NCBI GenBank assembly: GCA_963653155.1
Contig: CAVJWR010000007.1
Coordinates: 1-51,534, forward strand
Source of the DNA: Limosilactobacillus gorillae
Lineage (GTDB): Bacteria; Verrucomicrobiota; Kiritimatiellia; RFP12; UBA1067
Direction of reading: 5' to 3'
Length of the DNA: 51,534 nucleotides
Of the stretch, positions 17,304-26,407 are shown piece by piece. Each line of letters begins with the position of its first letter. The first letter of the stretch is position 1. The position numbers and the translations under genes were made by a program. The notes under the pieces were generated by a model. That model searched no databases, was not told the DNA's origin, and saw nothing but the letters and a program-made list of their open reading frames with translations.

Positions 17304-17355
17304 CAACGAAGCTCCAACAAGTCACAAGAAAACCGCATGAGGAAGGATTATATCA
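17303..17355 (-). promoter_or_regulatory. Extended -10 promoter plus leaderless 11-codon uORF overlapping the rluB start (UGAUG)
   Basis: On the - strand TGaTATAAT (17355-17347), then 8 nt, then ATG 17338. The uORF encodes MRFSCDLLELR, and its stop TGA (17305-17303) shares its A with the rluB ATG (17303-17301). Confidence 0.35.
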
Positions 17356-17392
17356 CAATAGGTACTCGATATTTGAGAAACACCGATATTTT

Positions 17393-17428
17393 GGAATAAA
17401 ATGCTCGCCAAACACAGTATGCGAGCAT
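17393..17428 (-). terminator. Possible rho-independent terminator after the 1488-aa gene
   Basis: The - strand RNA reads AUGCUCGC-(12 nt loop)-GCGAGCAU followed by UUUAUUCC, 30 nt after the stop at 17458. Confidence 0.45.
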
Positions 17429-17457
17429 CGTCAGACGACCGCAAACGGAAGTATGCG

Positions 17458-20400
17458 CTACGGCAAATATCCAATGGCGGCGGACTCCCCAACGGAAATC
17501 TCCGGTCGCCAGAAGCGCGTAGGCTCCGAGACATTGCCGCCAACGGCATCAACGAGTCTCACTGGGCGTCCAAAATCGACGACGGCGGGACCTGCAAGAC
17601 GATGCACACAGGCAACGCCATTGCCGACAAATGTCGCGTTGCCCGGATCGGCAAACGGCTGTACGCCCGCCTCTTTCGCCAGATTGTGAAGGAGCCTCGG
17701 CGTGAGCCCGCCATCACGGGCCATGAACACAAGCGTCCCTGCCCCAAGAGGCTTCCGCGCAAAAGCCACTCCACCGCCTATTGACCAACGCCCCAACGGC
17801 TTCGCTTCGGGATCATCTATCGTGGCATACCCTATCTGCGTACGCGGGACGGCACGCCCCTGAGCCACATGGACTCCATTGCCAAGTTCGCCGCAACCGA
17901 CAAGCCCATCAGTCAGCGGATCGTCCGACTCTACCACCACGCCCTCTGCGGCGTGCTTGAGAGGATGTGCCACAACCTTCATTCCAAGTTGAGCAAGCGT
18001 CTCCGACGTATCCGCAAAATCGCGGCTCGCGCACCCGGCCTCGCCAATGATCGCCAGCACCTTGCCGTGTTTAGATGCCCGCAGCCTGAAAGCGTCCACT
18101 TGGGATACGGTTATGGTAACCGGATGGTAGGCGACATACAGGTCATACTCCGGCAAATCCGGGTTCTCTATGTCCGTCAGGTAATGGATTGCGGGCATCA
18201 CACCGCTCGTGCGCCAAACGATGTCAATGTTGTCGCAGGTCGTCTCGCGCAGAAGCCGCGATTTCTCATCTGTGAATATCCCGATGCGTGGCGTAGCGTA
18301 TTTCCCCGCGTGGCAAGTGGCAAAGTCGTTCAGGGCAAATATCTCGCGGATTGCAGCCTTCACTCTGCTTCCATGATACCAACTGCCGAACATGTCGAAA
18401 AGGTGGAATCCAGCCCCACCTGCGGCAATCACGCTCGCACCATCTCGACGGATCTGGTTGCCGAAGTCGCGTTCGTCATTCGGAATCGCAATGGAGTCGG
18501 ACGACATGAACCCGCCCGGACGCTCCGTGCGCCAACTGCGGTGATCCATCTCCTGCACATAGAGCAGTCCGCGCAGATTCAATCCGGCTATAGCATTGTC
18601 GGCCGAAGCCCCCATGCCATCAAGCGCCCGCTTGTAGGAATAGCCGCTCACCGTGACGATCACGTTTACGCCATCGTCCTTGACGAGTTCATCGAGCGCA
18701 AGTCTGCCCGGCTGGCTCCAGATCGTAGACGTATACCACGTATCTACAAGGCACAGTCGCCCGAAATTTCGCCGCAGGGTCTTGGCGAAGCGATTGAGTG
18801 CGCGAGCAGGGCCGACAGACACAAACCTTCGGCAGTCCGCGAGCTTGCGTCCGAGCCCATGCCGGTCATCAAACACGTCAGTGGAGCGGAACTCCGCGAC
18901 CGATGGGTTCCGTGCCGCATCAAGCGTTACGTTTGAGTCGCCCCATGCCTTCCGCAACGCATCGTCGTTCCCGTATATCTCCCTCAGATACCCGCAAAGA
19001 GCCTTTCTGTTGGATTCGGAGTAGTCGAAATGTCCGTTTTCTGGCCCGTACTGCCATTGCACAAACTGTCCGTCCATGCCTCCGGCAAGGTGGAATCCGA
19101 TCACGATGTTCGATGAGGGTGTCGTCTTCAGGTAGTCGCAAAGCCGCCGTAGGCCATCGTCAACAAGAGTCTGCCACTCCGCAGACGTGTAGGAGAACGC
19201 CCAGTGCTGGTTGACCTTCTTCGGATCGAGCGGCGACGAATCGAATCCGGCGAACGCCTGAAAGTTCACGCGCCCGCGAACGCCCTTCTCATTGACGAAA
19301 ATCGATTCAGGGTGCCGCTCCAGAAAGGCGTTGTCAGGATCGAGGTCGATGCCAAGTATCACACGGGCCTGTGGGTTTGCGCGGTGAATCCTGAGAAGCG
19401 TATCCTCAATGCGGGAGAAATCCCATTTCCCCGTCTCGGCATTCCGCACTGCCTTGTCGAATGATACGTCAAAGAAGAGCCGCGAACCGCGATTGAACGT
19501 CATGACGACATCCCCGCCGCACTCGCCCATCAGCCTGTAGTCAGTGAAGCCCTTGTACTCGTTCAGCGGCATCGGCTTTCCGTCCACTACCGCCACGTTG
19601 CGTCCATTGTGCCGTTCAATGGTGGCTGTCGCAGGAGGAATCTTCGCAAGTTCGGCAAGGGTCTCCGCACGATTCGCCGGAAGCGGATCCTCCTTGTCGT
19701 ATATGCCGCGATATGGTGGAGCCTTGGATGCGGGACGCACGAAGATCGGCATTGGAGTGAATGTCACGGGATTGCCGGACGCATGGATCTTCACTCTCAT
19801 GGACACCGTGCCGCTTGCCGTCCTTACAGACATTCGGATGGGATGCGGATATCCGGTCGCACATACGAGTTGTTCCCACGAGGACGAGCCGTGGGACGCA
19901 ACCACGCGGCCCGAAGCATCCAACTCCTCGGCAGACATCGCCATCACCGCGCCCTCTATAAATTTCTCGGCGACATATCCGCCACTTACCGTATAGGACG
20001 TATCGCCTCGCACCGGATATGTCCCAAGCACGACAGTGGTCACGTCATGGCTTGAGCCAGACGACACCGTCTTCGGCGGCAGATTGGTGATCCAACTGTT
20101 TCCGTCGATGGTCACGCGCCTCGCCCCGACATTGCGCACACGCCCAGATTCGGGACCGAATGGCGTACGCGTAAAGCGTATCTCGTTGTTCCTGAACGTA
20201 ATGTCCGATCCGGCCGCAGCCATGAACGCAGCGCCGTACGGATTCACGAACACGTTCTCCTCGATCAGGATGTCCCTGATGAAATCGGGATCGAGCGAAT
20301 CGGCTTTCCATGGTGTAACGGAAACGAATGACGTGGATATCACCGGCATCGAACGGTCGATGTAGCAGCATTCGTCGAACAGGTTTCCGCGAATGACGAT

Positions 20401-21924
20401 ATTCGTCTCTCCAAGGCCCTCGCACCATAGCCGCTTTCGAGCGTCCGCAAGAATCCAGAGCGAGCGGCCTCCCGTACGCCGAAACGTGCAGTCCTCAATC
20501 GTGAGGTTCGATGGCGAAAAGAGGTTGCGGTGCGCAGAATCCTCGAACACGCAGTTGCGGATTATTACATTGTCAGTGCCATAGGCTCGGTCAAATACGA
20601 AGAAGTTGTCGCCGATCTCAGGCGGGATATCGCGGTCGAGCAGGAGGTCGTTGCCGCAGGTTCCGGCAAGCGTTGCGCGGAATCCGGTGGGACGCCAATC
20701 AGGATACCGCAGCTCCATCGGGTCGCCTATGTCTGGACGAAAATAGCCGATGCCCCGCTCGTTGACGATCGTCAGCGTCCTGGAATCCTTGCGCGAGGCG
20801 ATGGTGAAGCGGTCGTGGACGTTGATCGCGTCGTCGTTGTTGAGCCGTACGGTGCAGTTCAGAAGCTTCAGGTAGCCGCTCGAACGTGCGACATGAAGTC
20901 CGTCCGACACTGTGGAGTATGGTCTGCGATACGGCGAGTCTGGACGCGGCTCGATGCGCACGTTCTCGATTTGCGTGTACTTCTGCTTGCCGTCGATCAC
21001 TATACCCATGCCGAAGCAGCTCCATATGTCGATGTCCTGTAGCGTGACATGGCGGCTGGATACGAGGTTGATGCCGTTCTTGCCGTAATACTGGTGCTGG
21101 AGGCGGTATGTCTGCCCTACCTTGAAACGCTTGGTGTCGCTCACGTTCAGCGATGGAGAGAAATGCACATCCATGCGGAGATTATAGTCTCGCTTCAGAT
21201 CCTTGACCGCCGGATATACGCGCAGTACGTTCGGGGCGACCCATTCGTTCTTTGCACCCCAATGCCCCTCCGACAGCCCAAACTGCCAGCTCTCGCCGGG
21301 CGCAAAGCGCAGGTGCGACGGATCCATGACCTGTATCTTCTTGACCGGAACCGGCTCTGGATATTTCGGGTAGCGCTCGAAGTCCGTAAGCATCAGATCC
21401 ACGTATGAGGCATTAGGGTTATCCTCGTCAACGTGAATGGCCTTGCATACGCAAAAGAAGCCGAGCGGATCCGCATCCCAGTCCCAGTCCATCTTGAAGT
21501 CGCATACCTTCACGCGCTCGCAGTCCTTGACGAGCAGGTTCGCGTTCTCGTGCACAAGCTCGCTCTGCGGCTGGCAGCGGAATTCCGCAGGGCGGCGAAA
21601 CACGAGGATTGCGCCTCGTCCGTCAAACGTAAGATCCGTGAAGTTCGTGACGGCGATTCCGTTAGGGGCATCAAAACATCTGTACGTTCCAAGATCAAGT
21701 TCGAGCGTCTTTACCCCCTTCTCGCGGCAAGCCGCCAGTGCGCGGTTTATCGCGGCGGCGTTGAAATCATTGGTTTCGGAAAATCCGTAGTCGGCGGCAC
21801 GAATGATAGGCGTGCCGTTTCCGCGCGGAGTCTGTACCGAAAACTCAGGGCTACCTGACGGCAAAGCGAGGCAAAGGCACGGAAGAGCCGTCTGTGCCGC
21901 AAGAAGTGCAATTCCAGATCTCAT
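17458..21924 (-). CDS. Giant secreted multi-domain glycosidase-like protein (N-terminal right-handed beta-helix / pectate-lyase-fold domain, central beta-sandwich, GH42-like TIM barrel plus trimerisation-like tail)
   Basis: 1488-aa ORF with a signal peptide. The N-terminus IIRAADYGFSETNDFNAAAINRALAACREKGVKTLELDLGTYR is typical of pectate-lyase-superfamily beta-helix proteins. The later segment ..RHPESIFVNEKG...VIGFHLAGGMDGQF...LCGYLREIYGNDDALRKAWGD.. is paralogous to the 9284-12208 product. Confidence 0.7.
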   Translation of the reverse strand: MRSGIALLAAQTALPCLCLALPSGSPEFSVQTPRGNGTPIIRAADYGFSETNDFNAAAINRALAACREKGVKTLELDLGTYRCFDAPNGIAVTNFTDLTFDGRGAILVFRRPAEFRCQPQSELVHENANLLVKDCERVKVCDFKMDWDWDADPLGFFCVCKAIHVDEDNPNASYVDLMLTDFERYPKYPEPVPVKKIQVMDPSHLRFAPGESWQFGLSEGHWGAKNEWVAPNVLRVYPAVKDLKRDYNLRMDVHFSPSLNVSDTKRFKVGQTYRLQHQYYGKNGINLVSSRHVTLQDIDIWSCFGMGIVIDGKQKYTQIENVRIEPRPDSPYRRPYSTVSDGLHVARSSGYLKLLNCTVRLNNDDAINVHDRFTIASRKDSRTLTIVNERGIGYFRPDIGDPMELRYPDWRPTGFRATLAGTCGNDLLLDRDIPPEIGDNFFVFDRAYGTDNVIIRNCVFEDSAHRNLFSPSNLTIEDCTFRRTGGRSLWILADARKRLWCEGLGETNIVIRGNLFDECCYIDRSMPVISTSFVSVTPWKADSLDPDFIRDILIEENVFVNPYGAAFMAAAGSDITFRNNEIRFTRTPFGPESGRVRNVGARRVTIDGNSWITNLPPKTVSSGSSHDVTTVVLGTYPVRGDTSYTVSGGYVAEKFIEGAVMAMSAEELDASGRVVASHGSSSWEQLVCATGYPHPIRMSVRTASGTVSMRVKIHASGNPVTFTPMPIFVRPASKAPPYRGIYDKEDPLPANRAETLAELAKIPPATATIERHNGRNVAVVDGKPMPLNEYKGFTDYRLMGECGGDVVMTFNRGSRLFFDVSFDKAVRNAETGKWDFSRIEDTLLRIHRANPQARVILGIDLDPDNAFLERHPESIFVNEKGVRGRVNFQAFAGFDSSPLDPKKVNQHWAFSYTSAEWQTLVDDGLRRLCDYLKTTPSSNIVIGFHLAGGMDGQFVQWQYGPENGHFDYSESNRKALCGYLREIYGNDDALRKAWGDSNVTLDAARNPSVAEFRSTDVFDDRHGLGRKLADCRRFVSVGPARALNRFAKTLRRNFGRLCLVDTWYTSTIWSQPGRLALDELVKDDGVNVIVTVSGYSYKRALDGMGASADNAIAGLNLRGLLYVQEMDHRSWRTERPGGFMSSDSIAIPNDERDFGNQIRRDGASVIAAGGAGFHLFDMFGSWYHGSRVKAAIREIFALNDFATCHAGKYATPRIGIFTDEKSRLLRETTCDNIDIVWRTSGVMPAIHYLTDIENPDLPEYDLYVAYHPVTITVSQVDAFRLRASKHGKVLAIIGEAGCASRDFADTSETLAQLGMKVVAHPLKHAAEGVVVESDDPLTDGLVGCGELGNGVHVAQGRAVPRTQIGYATIDDPEAKPLGRWSIGGGVAFARKPLGAGTLVFMARDGGLTPRLLHNLAKEAGVQPFADPGNATFVGNGVACVHRLAGPAVVDFGRPVRLVDAVGGNVSEPTRFWRPEISVGESAAIGYLP

Positions 21925-21940
21925 GGTTCATTCGTCCAGA

Positions 21941-24691
21941 TCAGCGCAGAACCATAACGGTGCCACGGCACACGCCAAGAGACATCTTTCCATCTCCAAT
22001 GCGCAGTCGCCACATTGGGCCAAATCCGTCAAGCGTCGGCGCACCCGCTATCTTTGTCGCGCTGGCGATCAGCCTGAATCGCTCCGTATCAAGCCCCGAT
22101 ACATCTGCGGCGCGAATCTTTGAACCGGAGGCAAATTCAAGGCATCCGTTGACGTATGCCTCAGTGACCGTGACGTCACCGTTCACCGCACCTGCACCCT
22201 CAAGCGTAGTGACGGAAATGGGCGCCGAAAGATTCAGGGTCGCTCCGGCGGACACCTCAAGCGGCTGTCCATTCGGGATCGTGCCCGTGCTTGCGACATC
22301 AAGGGAGCCTTCCTTTACGGACGTCTTTCCCGCATATGTGTTTTCGCACACGAAAGCGAGTGTTCCCGGCCCGCGCTTCTCCACACCGCCAGAGACCGCA
22401 TCATCCAGTTCGCAGGTGCAGTTCCACGACTGGTCGCCATCCATCGACCATACGCGCACGACCGGTGCGTCCGAATAGCCCGTGCCGCGCGATGTTACGA
22501 CAACATCGCCGCGCAAAGTCCGCGCCGTGTCGTCGAACGGCGCATAGGCGGTTGCGCCGACACCGGTTGCGTCCACGATCTCAATACGCGCCGGGCCAAT
22601 GTATTTGGTTGCACGGAAAGTCTCGTCATCAGGCAGGGTAATGGATTTGATCGTCTTCCCCGTAGGAGCCTCAATCGGCGCGTTGACTCTCATGATCGCG
22701 CCATTGCCAGCATCGAACACGATGCCGCCGCGCTGGCAGAGGAACCTGTCAGGCTCCGCGCGTCCGACAGAATAGAACAGGCCGGGATTGCCTGTTCCCG
22801 CCGGCGCACGCCATACGCCGCCATCAAATGAGACGTATTCCTTCGACCCTTCCGGCCATGTCCAACCGTCGCCCGCGTTGTTGACGATGGACTGCGCTTC
22901 GTAGACGCCTCCATCGTTCACATTGATGAAGGCCGTGAAGTCTTTGCGGTTCTGCATTCCGACGAACCAGTGGGGCTTAAAGACCGTACCTGTTCCGGCG
23001 ATGGTCAACGTCGCCTCGCCACCAGTAGATGAGGCACTGTCCGTAAAGCCCATGTACGTCGAGCCGGCGGTCTGGGTGAACGTTGCGCCATCGGCAACGA
23101 CCATGTGGCCTCGCCCGCCAACGGAGAGCTTCAGGTTTTCACCCTTCACGGCAGCCGTGCCGCCGCGCTGGACGAAGAACGCCGCAGAATCGGCCCCGTA
23201 GGCCATGCGCCAATAGCGCGGCGCGACAACCGTGCCGTCCGTCATGCCCCAGTAGCCATAGCCGACATAGCCACCCTCGGTCGTACCGAGATTGCTCGAA
23301 TAGGATACGTCCGGAGCATCCATGTAGACGGATCCACCCGTCTGATAGACAGCCCCTCGGCCACGCGTACCGACGGCGAAGTTGTTGCTCAGAGATGCGC
23401 CCGCGCCAATCGTCAACGTTCCCCACGTGCGCTCCGTCCCGGAAAGTCCGCCAACATACAGATATGTCCTCGGATCCCCCATGCGGAAGTCAGTCGCGCC
23501 GGAGATTTTCAGTTCGCCAGGCTCCTTCCCGTTCGCGAACCGTCCGAAAATCTGGCACGAGCCATTTGTGAATGCGACAAGTCCGGCATCCGTGTAGCTG
23601 ACTGTCGCTTCGTCGGCTATCGTAAGGTACGCCGCATAGTTTGTCTCGGAATTCCGCACGTTCAACTCGCCGGCCGAAACGTAAAGGCGTGTGAAGATGT
23701 TTGACGGTCCTCCAAAGTTGAGTACGCCGTCACCGCCCTTCTCAAGGTATCCGTTGTTGCAGATGACCGCACCGTTGAGCGTGACGGCGTGTCGCTTCCC
23801 GTCAGTCGTCCGTTGAGGCCAAACCGTCAACTGGTTGCCCAGACACGTAAAGTCGCCGTTGATTACGTTCGCCGTGCCCGAATCGCCGCCAAGATTGCAC
23901 TCGATTGTGGCCTTGGCCGTGCGAGACCACAAGACAGACCAGTCAATCGGACTCGCACCTGCAAGCCAGAAGGCTTCCGCCGTGGATGCCAGTTCAAGGA
24001 TATTCGTCTTGCCGCCGTTGAACGTGCTGCCGTAGACATAGCACGTATTGGCCATCACGATGTGCCCAGGATTCGCTATCGTACAATAATAGAAGCGCAC
24101 ACCGGCCGGCGAAGCCACGTTAAGCGTATGGCCCTGTAAGTTGCACAGGCGCACGAACCACGGAGACTGGCCACCAATCGTGGCATCGTCCGTCAACCGC
24201 AATTCCCAAACGTACCAGTACGGCGTCACGCCGCCAGCAGCACGATCATAGTAGAACGCGCCGGAGCCGTCTGGTCCAGAACCCGCGATCTTCACGATGG
24301 AACGGAAGCCACGCCCTTCGGCGTTGCCGTCATCCTTGTCCGCCGCGAACGTAGCGCGGAGCTGCGCACCATTGGATACGGTGATCGTGTTCGGAGATGT
24401 CGTCCCGCTCCCGCCCGAACCGCGTCCAAGCGCATTCCTGTGCGTCGCGATGACAATACCTTCCCGAATCTCGACATCGCCATGATATGTCTCGTTGTCG
24501 CCAGACATCGTCAGCGTCCCTTCGCCCAACTTCACTACCTTGGTCACATCGGCGGGGATTGTATCCGCGTATGTCTCGGCACTAGAGACGGTAAACGTCA
24601 TCACACCGTTCTCAGTCACCACATTTGCATCCATCGGCAAGGCCATCATGAAGACTGCCGCATACAAAACCACCGCACATGAGATACGCAT
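21941..24691 (-). CDS. Secreted autotransporter-associated beta-strand repeat protein (no beta-barrel translocator domain evident)
   Basis: Contains repeats of the type ..K.G.GTLT.SG.N.Y.G...I..G.. (for example VVKLGEGTLTMSGDNETYHGDVEIREGIV and EKRGPGTLAFVCENTYAGKTSVKEGSL). The ORF track starts at TTG 24727, which overlaps the predicted -10. The ATG at 24691 (MRISCAVVLYAAVFMMALP) is preceded by AGGAG and is preferred. Confidence 0.7.
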   Translation of the reverse strand: MRISCAVVLYAAVFMMALPMDANVVTENGVMTFTVSSAETYADTIPADVTKVVKLGEGTLTMSGDNETYHGDVEIREGIVIATHRNALGRGSGGSGTTSPNTITVSNGAQLRATFAADKDDGNAEGRGFRSIVKIAGSGPDGSGAFYYDRAAGGVTPYWYVWELRLTDDATIGGQSPWFVRLCNLQGHTLNVASPAGVRFYYCTIANPGHIVMANTCYVYGSTFNGGKTNILELASTAEAFWLAGASPIDWSVLWSRTAKATIECNLGGDSGTANVINGDFTCLGNQLTVWPQRTTDGKRHAVTLNGAVICNNGYLEKGGDGVLNFGGPSNIFTRLYVSAGELNVRNSETNYAAYLTIADEATVSYTDAGLVAFTNGSCQIFGRFANGKEPGELKISGATDFRMGDPRTYLYVGGLSGTERTWGTLTIGAGASLSNNFAVGTRGRGAVYQTGGSVYMDAPDVSYSSNLGTTEGGYVGYGYWGMTDGTVVAPRYWRMAYGADSAAFFVQRGGTAAVKGENLKLSVGGRGHMVVADGATFTQTAGSTYMGFTDSASSTGGEATLTIAGTGTVFKPHWFVGMQNRKDFTAFINVNDGGVYEAQSIVNNAGDGWTWPEGSKEYVSFDGGVWRAPAGTGNPGLFYSVGRAEPDRFLCQRGGIVFDAGNGAIMRVNAPIEAPTGKTIKSITLPDDETFRATKYIGPARIEIVDATGVGATAYAPFDDTARTLRGDVVVTSRGTGYSDAPVVRVWSMDGDQSWNCTCELDDAVSGGVEKRGPGTLAFVCENTYAGKTSVKEGSLDVASTGTIPNGQPLEVSAGATLNLSAPISVTTLEGAGAVNGDVTVTEAYVNGCLEFASGSKIRAADVSGLDTERFRLIASATKIAGAPTLDGFGPMWRLRIGDGKMSLGVCRGTVMVLR

Positions 24692-24726
24692 GAACCAACT
24701 CCTTTTTTTCGCTTTAAATGATGGCA

Positions 24727-24753
24727 ATTATATCATTTTTTTTTTGCCGTCAA
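24727..24753 (-). promoter_or_regulatory. Promoter of the beta-strand-repeat protein operon with A10 tract in the spacer
   Basis: On the - strand: TTGACG (24753-24748), a 15-nt spacer GC-A10-TGA, then TATAAT (24732-24727). The downstream 5' UTR carries AGGAG before ATG 24691. Confidence 0.5.
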
Positions 24754-24768
24754 ATGGGCAAAACAGTG

Positions 24769-24781
24769 TATAATTTGCGGC
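24769..24781 (+). promoter_or_regulatory. -10 element with leaderless geometry (24782 gene)
   Basis: TATAAT at 24769-24774, then 7 nt to ATG 24782. There is no SD. Confidence 0.4.
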
Positions 24782-26404
24782 ATGTTGATATCTTGCATCA
24801 TAATGTCCGCAGCAATCGCATGTGGAGGGCAGACCGCCAAACCTGACGATTTCGACACCGTTTCGGCATGGGTTACGGGCAATCGTTTCGCATACGGCGC
24901 GAACCGCGACCGCATCGCCAATGGATGCCCGCAACTTGTCGCCGTGTTCTCCAGCAAGGATGGCGGCAGACGCAGCTTCAAACTCGGCAACATAAATTCA
25001 AAGGGCAGATACCTCCTGTCGCGGAAATTCTCCGAAGCCGAACGCAAGTCGCTTTCCGGCTGGGCCTTCGCTGGAGTGGAAATCGATGGCGCCTTGCCTG
25101 AGGACGGAGACATCGGCATCGACGACGTGCGCATCTTCCGCGAAAAACTTGCCCCCATCAAAACGTCTCGCCGTCCCAAACGACCTTTCGCGACGATGGA
25201 AGGACTCGTGCAGGGATTCAACACAGGCGATGGGGTACTTCCGTTCCCGACTGATTCCCAAACCATCCTCCCGAAAGCGGCCGCATCGAAGCCGCCACTC
25301 TCCATACAGCCGCGATTCACTGGCGGAGCCGTCCATCCCAACGAGGCAAGGTTCCTTTCCTCCAAGATCAGTTGCATGGGACGCGCACTCATAGTCGAGC
25401 TTAATGCGCCCGCAGGGAAGGTAACAGAGATTACGCTTGGCTCGCCAAACGAAGCCCCCTGCGTGAAATCGATCAGGATACCGTATCTGCCATACGGAGA
25501 CTGCAGAATGCTTGATGGCGGCCTTTTCCGCTATGCCGCACCTGACTGGTACATGTCGAACGCCTCGGTCATCGAGACGGACAAGTCGGACGGCACTGTG
25601 CGCCTCAAATACCTGCCAAAGACGGATGGCACATACAACCCCGTCTGCGAACGTATCGTCATTGTGCTCTCCGACCGACTCGAAGACGTATTCCCCGAAA
25701 TATCGAATCCGCCATCCCCACACAAGGCATTGACCGGCACAAGGGTGTGGAGGACACACGCGGCGAGTGACCGCATGCGCGATGCCGCGCTCTTGCGGTA
25801 CGTCCATGACGAGCTTGGAATCACGGAAGTTTGCGTCATGGATCATGAGACGATGTGGCGCGATGTGGCCGAACCGTTCACATTCGTCACCGATGCCGCA
25901 AAAGGCAAAGGCGGCGATGCCGCACAACGCGCATTCTCCAGACTGATGAACGAAGAGCTTGGATACGTCTACGGCCCATACAACAACTACACGGACTTTG
26001 CCGACAACAACACGGCCCTGTGGAACGAAAACGTCCTGTCCAGGAATCCCAACGGATCGTTCGTGCCTGCATGGCTTCGCTGCCACCATCCAAAGCCGAC
26101 TGTCGCCGCCGAATTCTGCGAAAGGATCGCTCCCGTTGCCCAGAGGAAATTCGGCTTCAGGGGAGCGTATTGCGACGTCCACACCGCACGCACGCCATGG
26201 TCATATGTCGATTACGATGCCCGTGTGCCCGGAGCAGGGACATTTGCGCAGACCTTTTACGCCTATGGCGAACTATTCACGATACAGCGTCGCGTCTGGA
26301 ACGGCCCGGTCTGGAGCGAAGGAGGCTGCCACTTTCTCTACGCTGGACTGACGGACGGCAACTATGCGCGTGATCCGCGCATCGATTTCCTGACGGATCC
26401 GTAG
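24782..26404 (+). CDS. Hypothetical secreted/lipoprotein-like protein, N-terminal 540 codons of a frame interrupted by TAG (possible glycosidase-like)
   Basis: N-terminus MLISCIIMSAAIACGG (lipobox-like). It ends at TAG 26402-26404, and the same reading frame continues in 26408-27115. Confidence 0.6.
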   Translation: MLISCIIMSAAIACGGQTAKPDDFDTVSAWVTGNRFAYGANRDRIANGCPQLVAVFSSKDGGRRSFKLGNINSKGRYLLSRKFSEAERKSLSGWAFAGVEIDGALPEDGDIGIDDVRIFREKLAPIKTSRRPKRPFATMEGLVQGFNTGDGVLPFPTDSQTILPKAAASKPPLSIQPRFTGGAVHPNEARFLSSKISCMGRALIVELNAPAGKVTEITLGSPNEAPCVKSIRIPYLPYGDCRMLDGGLFRYAAPDWYMSNASVIETDKSDGTVRLKYLPKTDGTYNPVCERIVIVLSDRLEDVFPEISNPPSPHKALTGTRVWRTHAASDRMRDAALLRYVHDELGITEVCVMDHETMWRDVAEPFTFVTDAAKGKGGDAAQRAFSRLMNEELGYVYGPYNNYTDFADNNTALWNENVLSRNPNGSFVPAWLRCHHPKPTVAAEFCERIAPVAQRKFGFRGAYCDVHTARTPWSYVDYDARVPGAGTFAQTFYAYGELFTIQRRVWNGPVWSEGGCHFLYAGLTDGNYARDPRIDFLTDP

Positions 26405-26407
26405 CTC

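Noticed and set aside
26402-26404. The in-frame TAG as programmed recoding (pyrrolysine or a reassigned amber codon).
   Set aside because: TAG is used as a normal stop by several confident genes in the window (murC-murB at 7490-7492, pyrH, GDPD, GH97). No pyl genes or suppressor tRNA are visible here. A TGG-to-TAG nonsense mutation or a sequencing error is more parsimonious.
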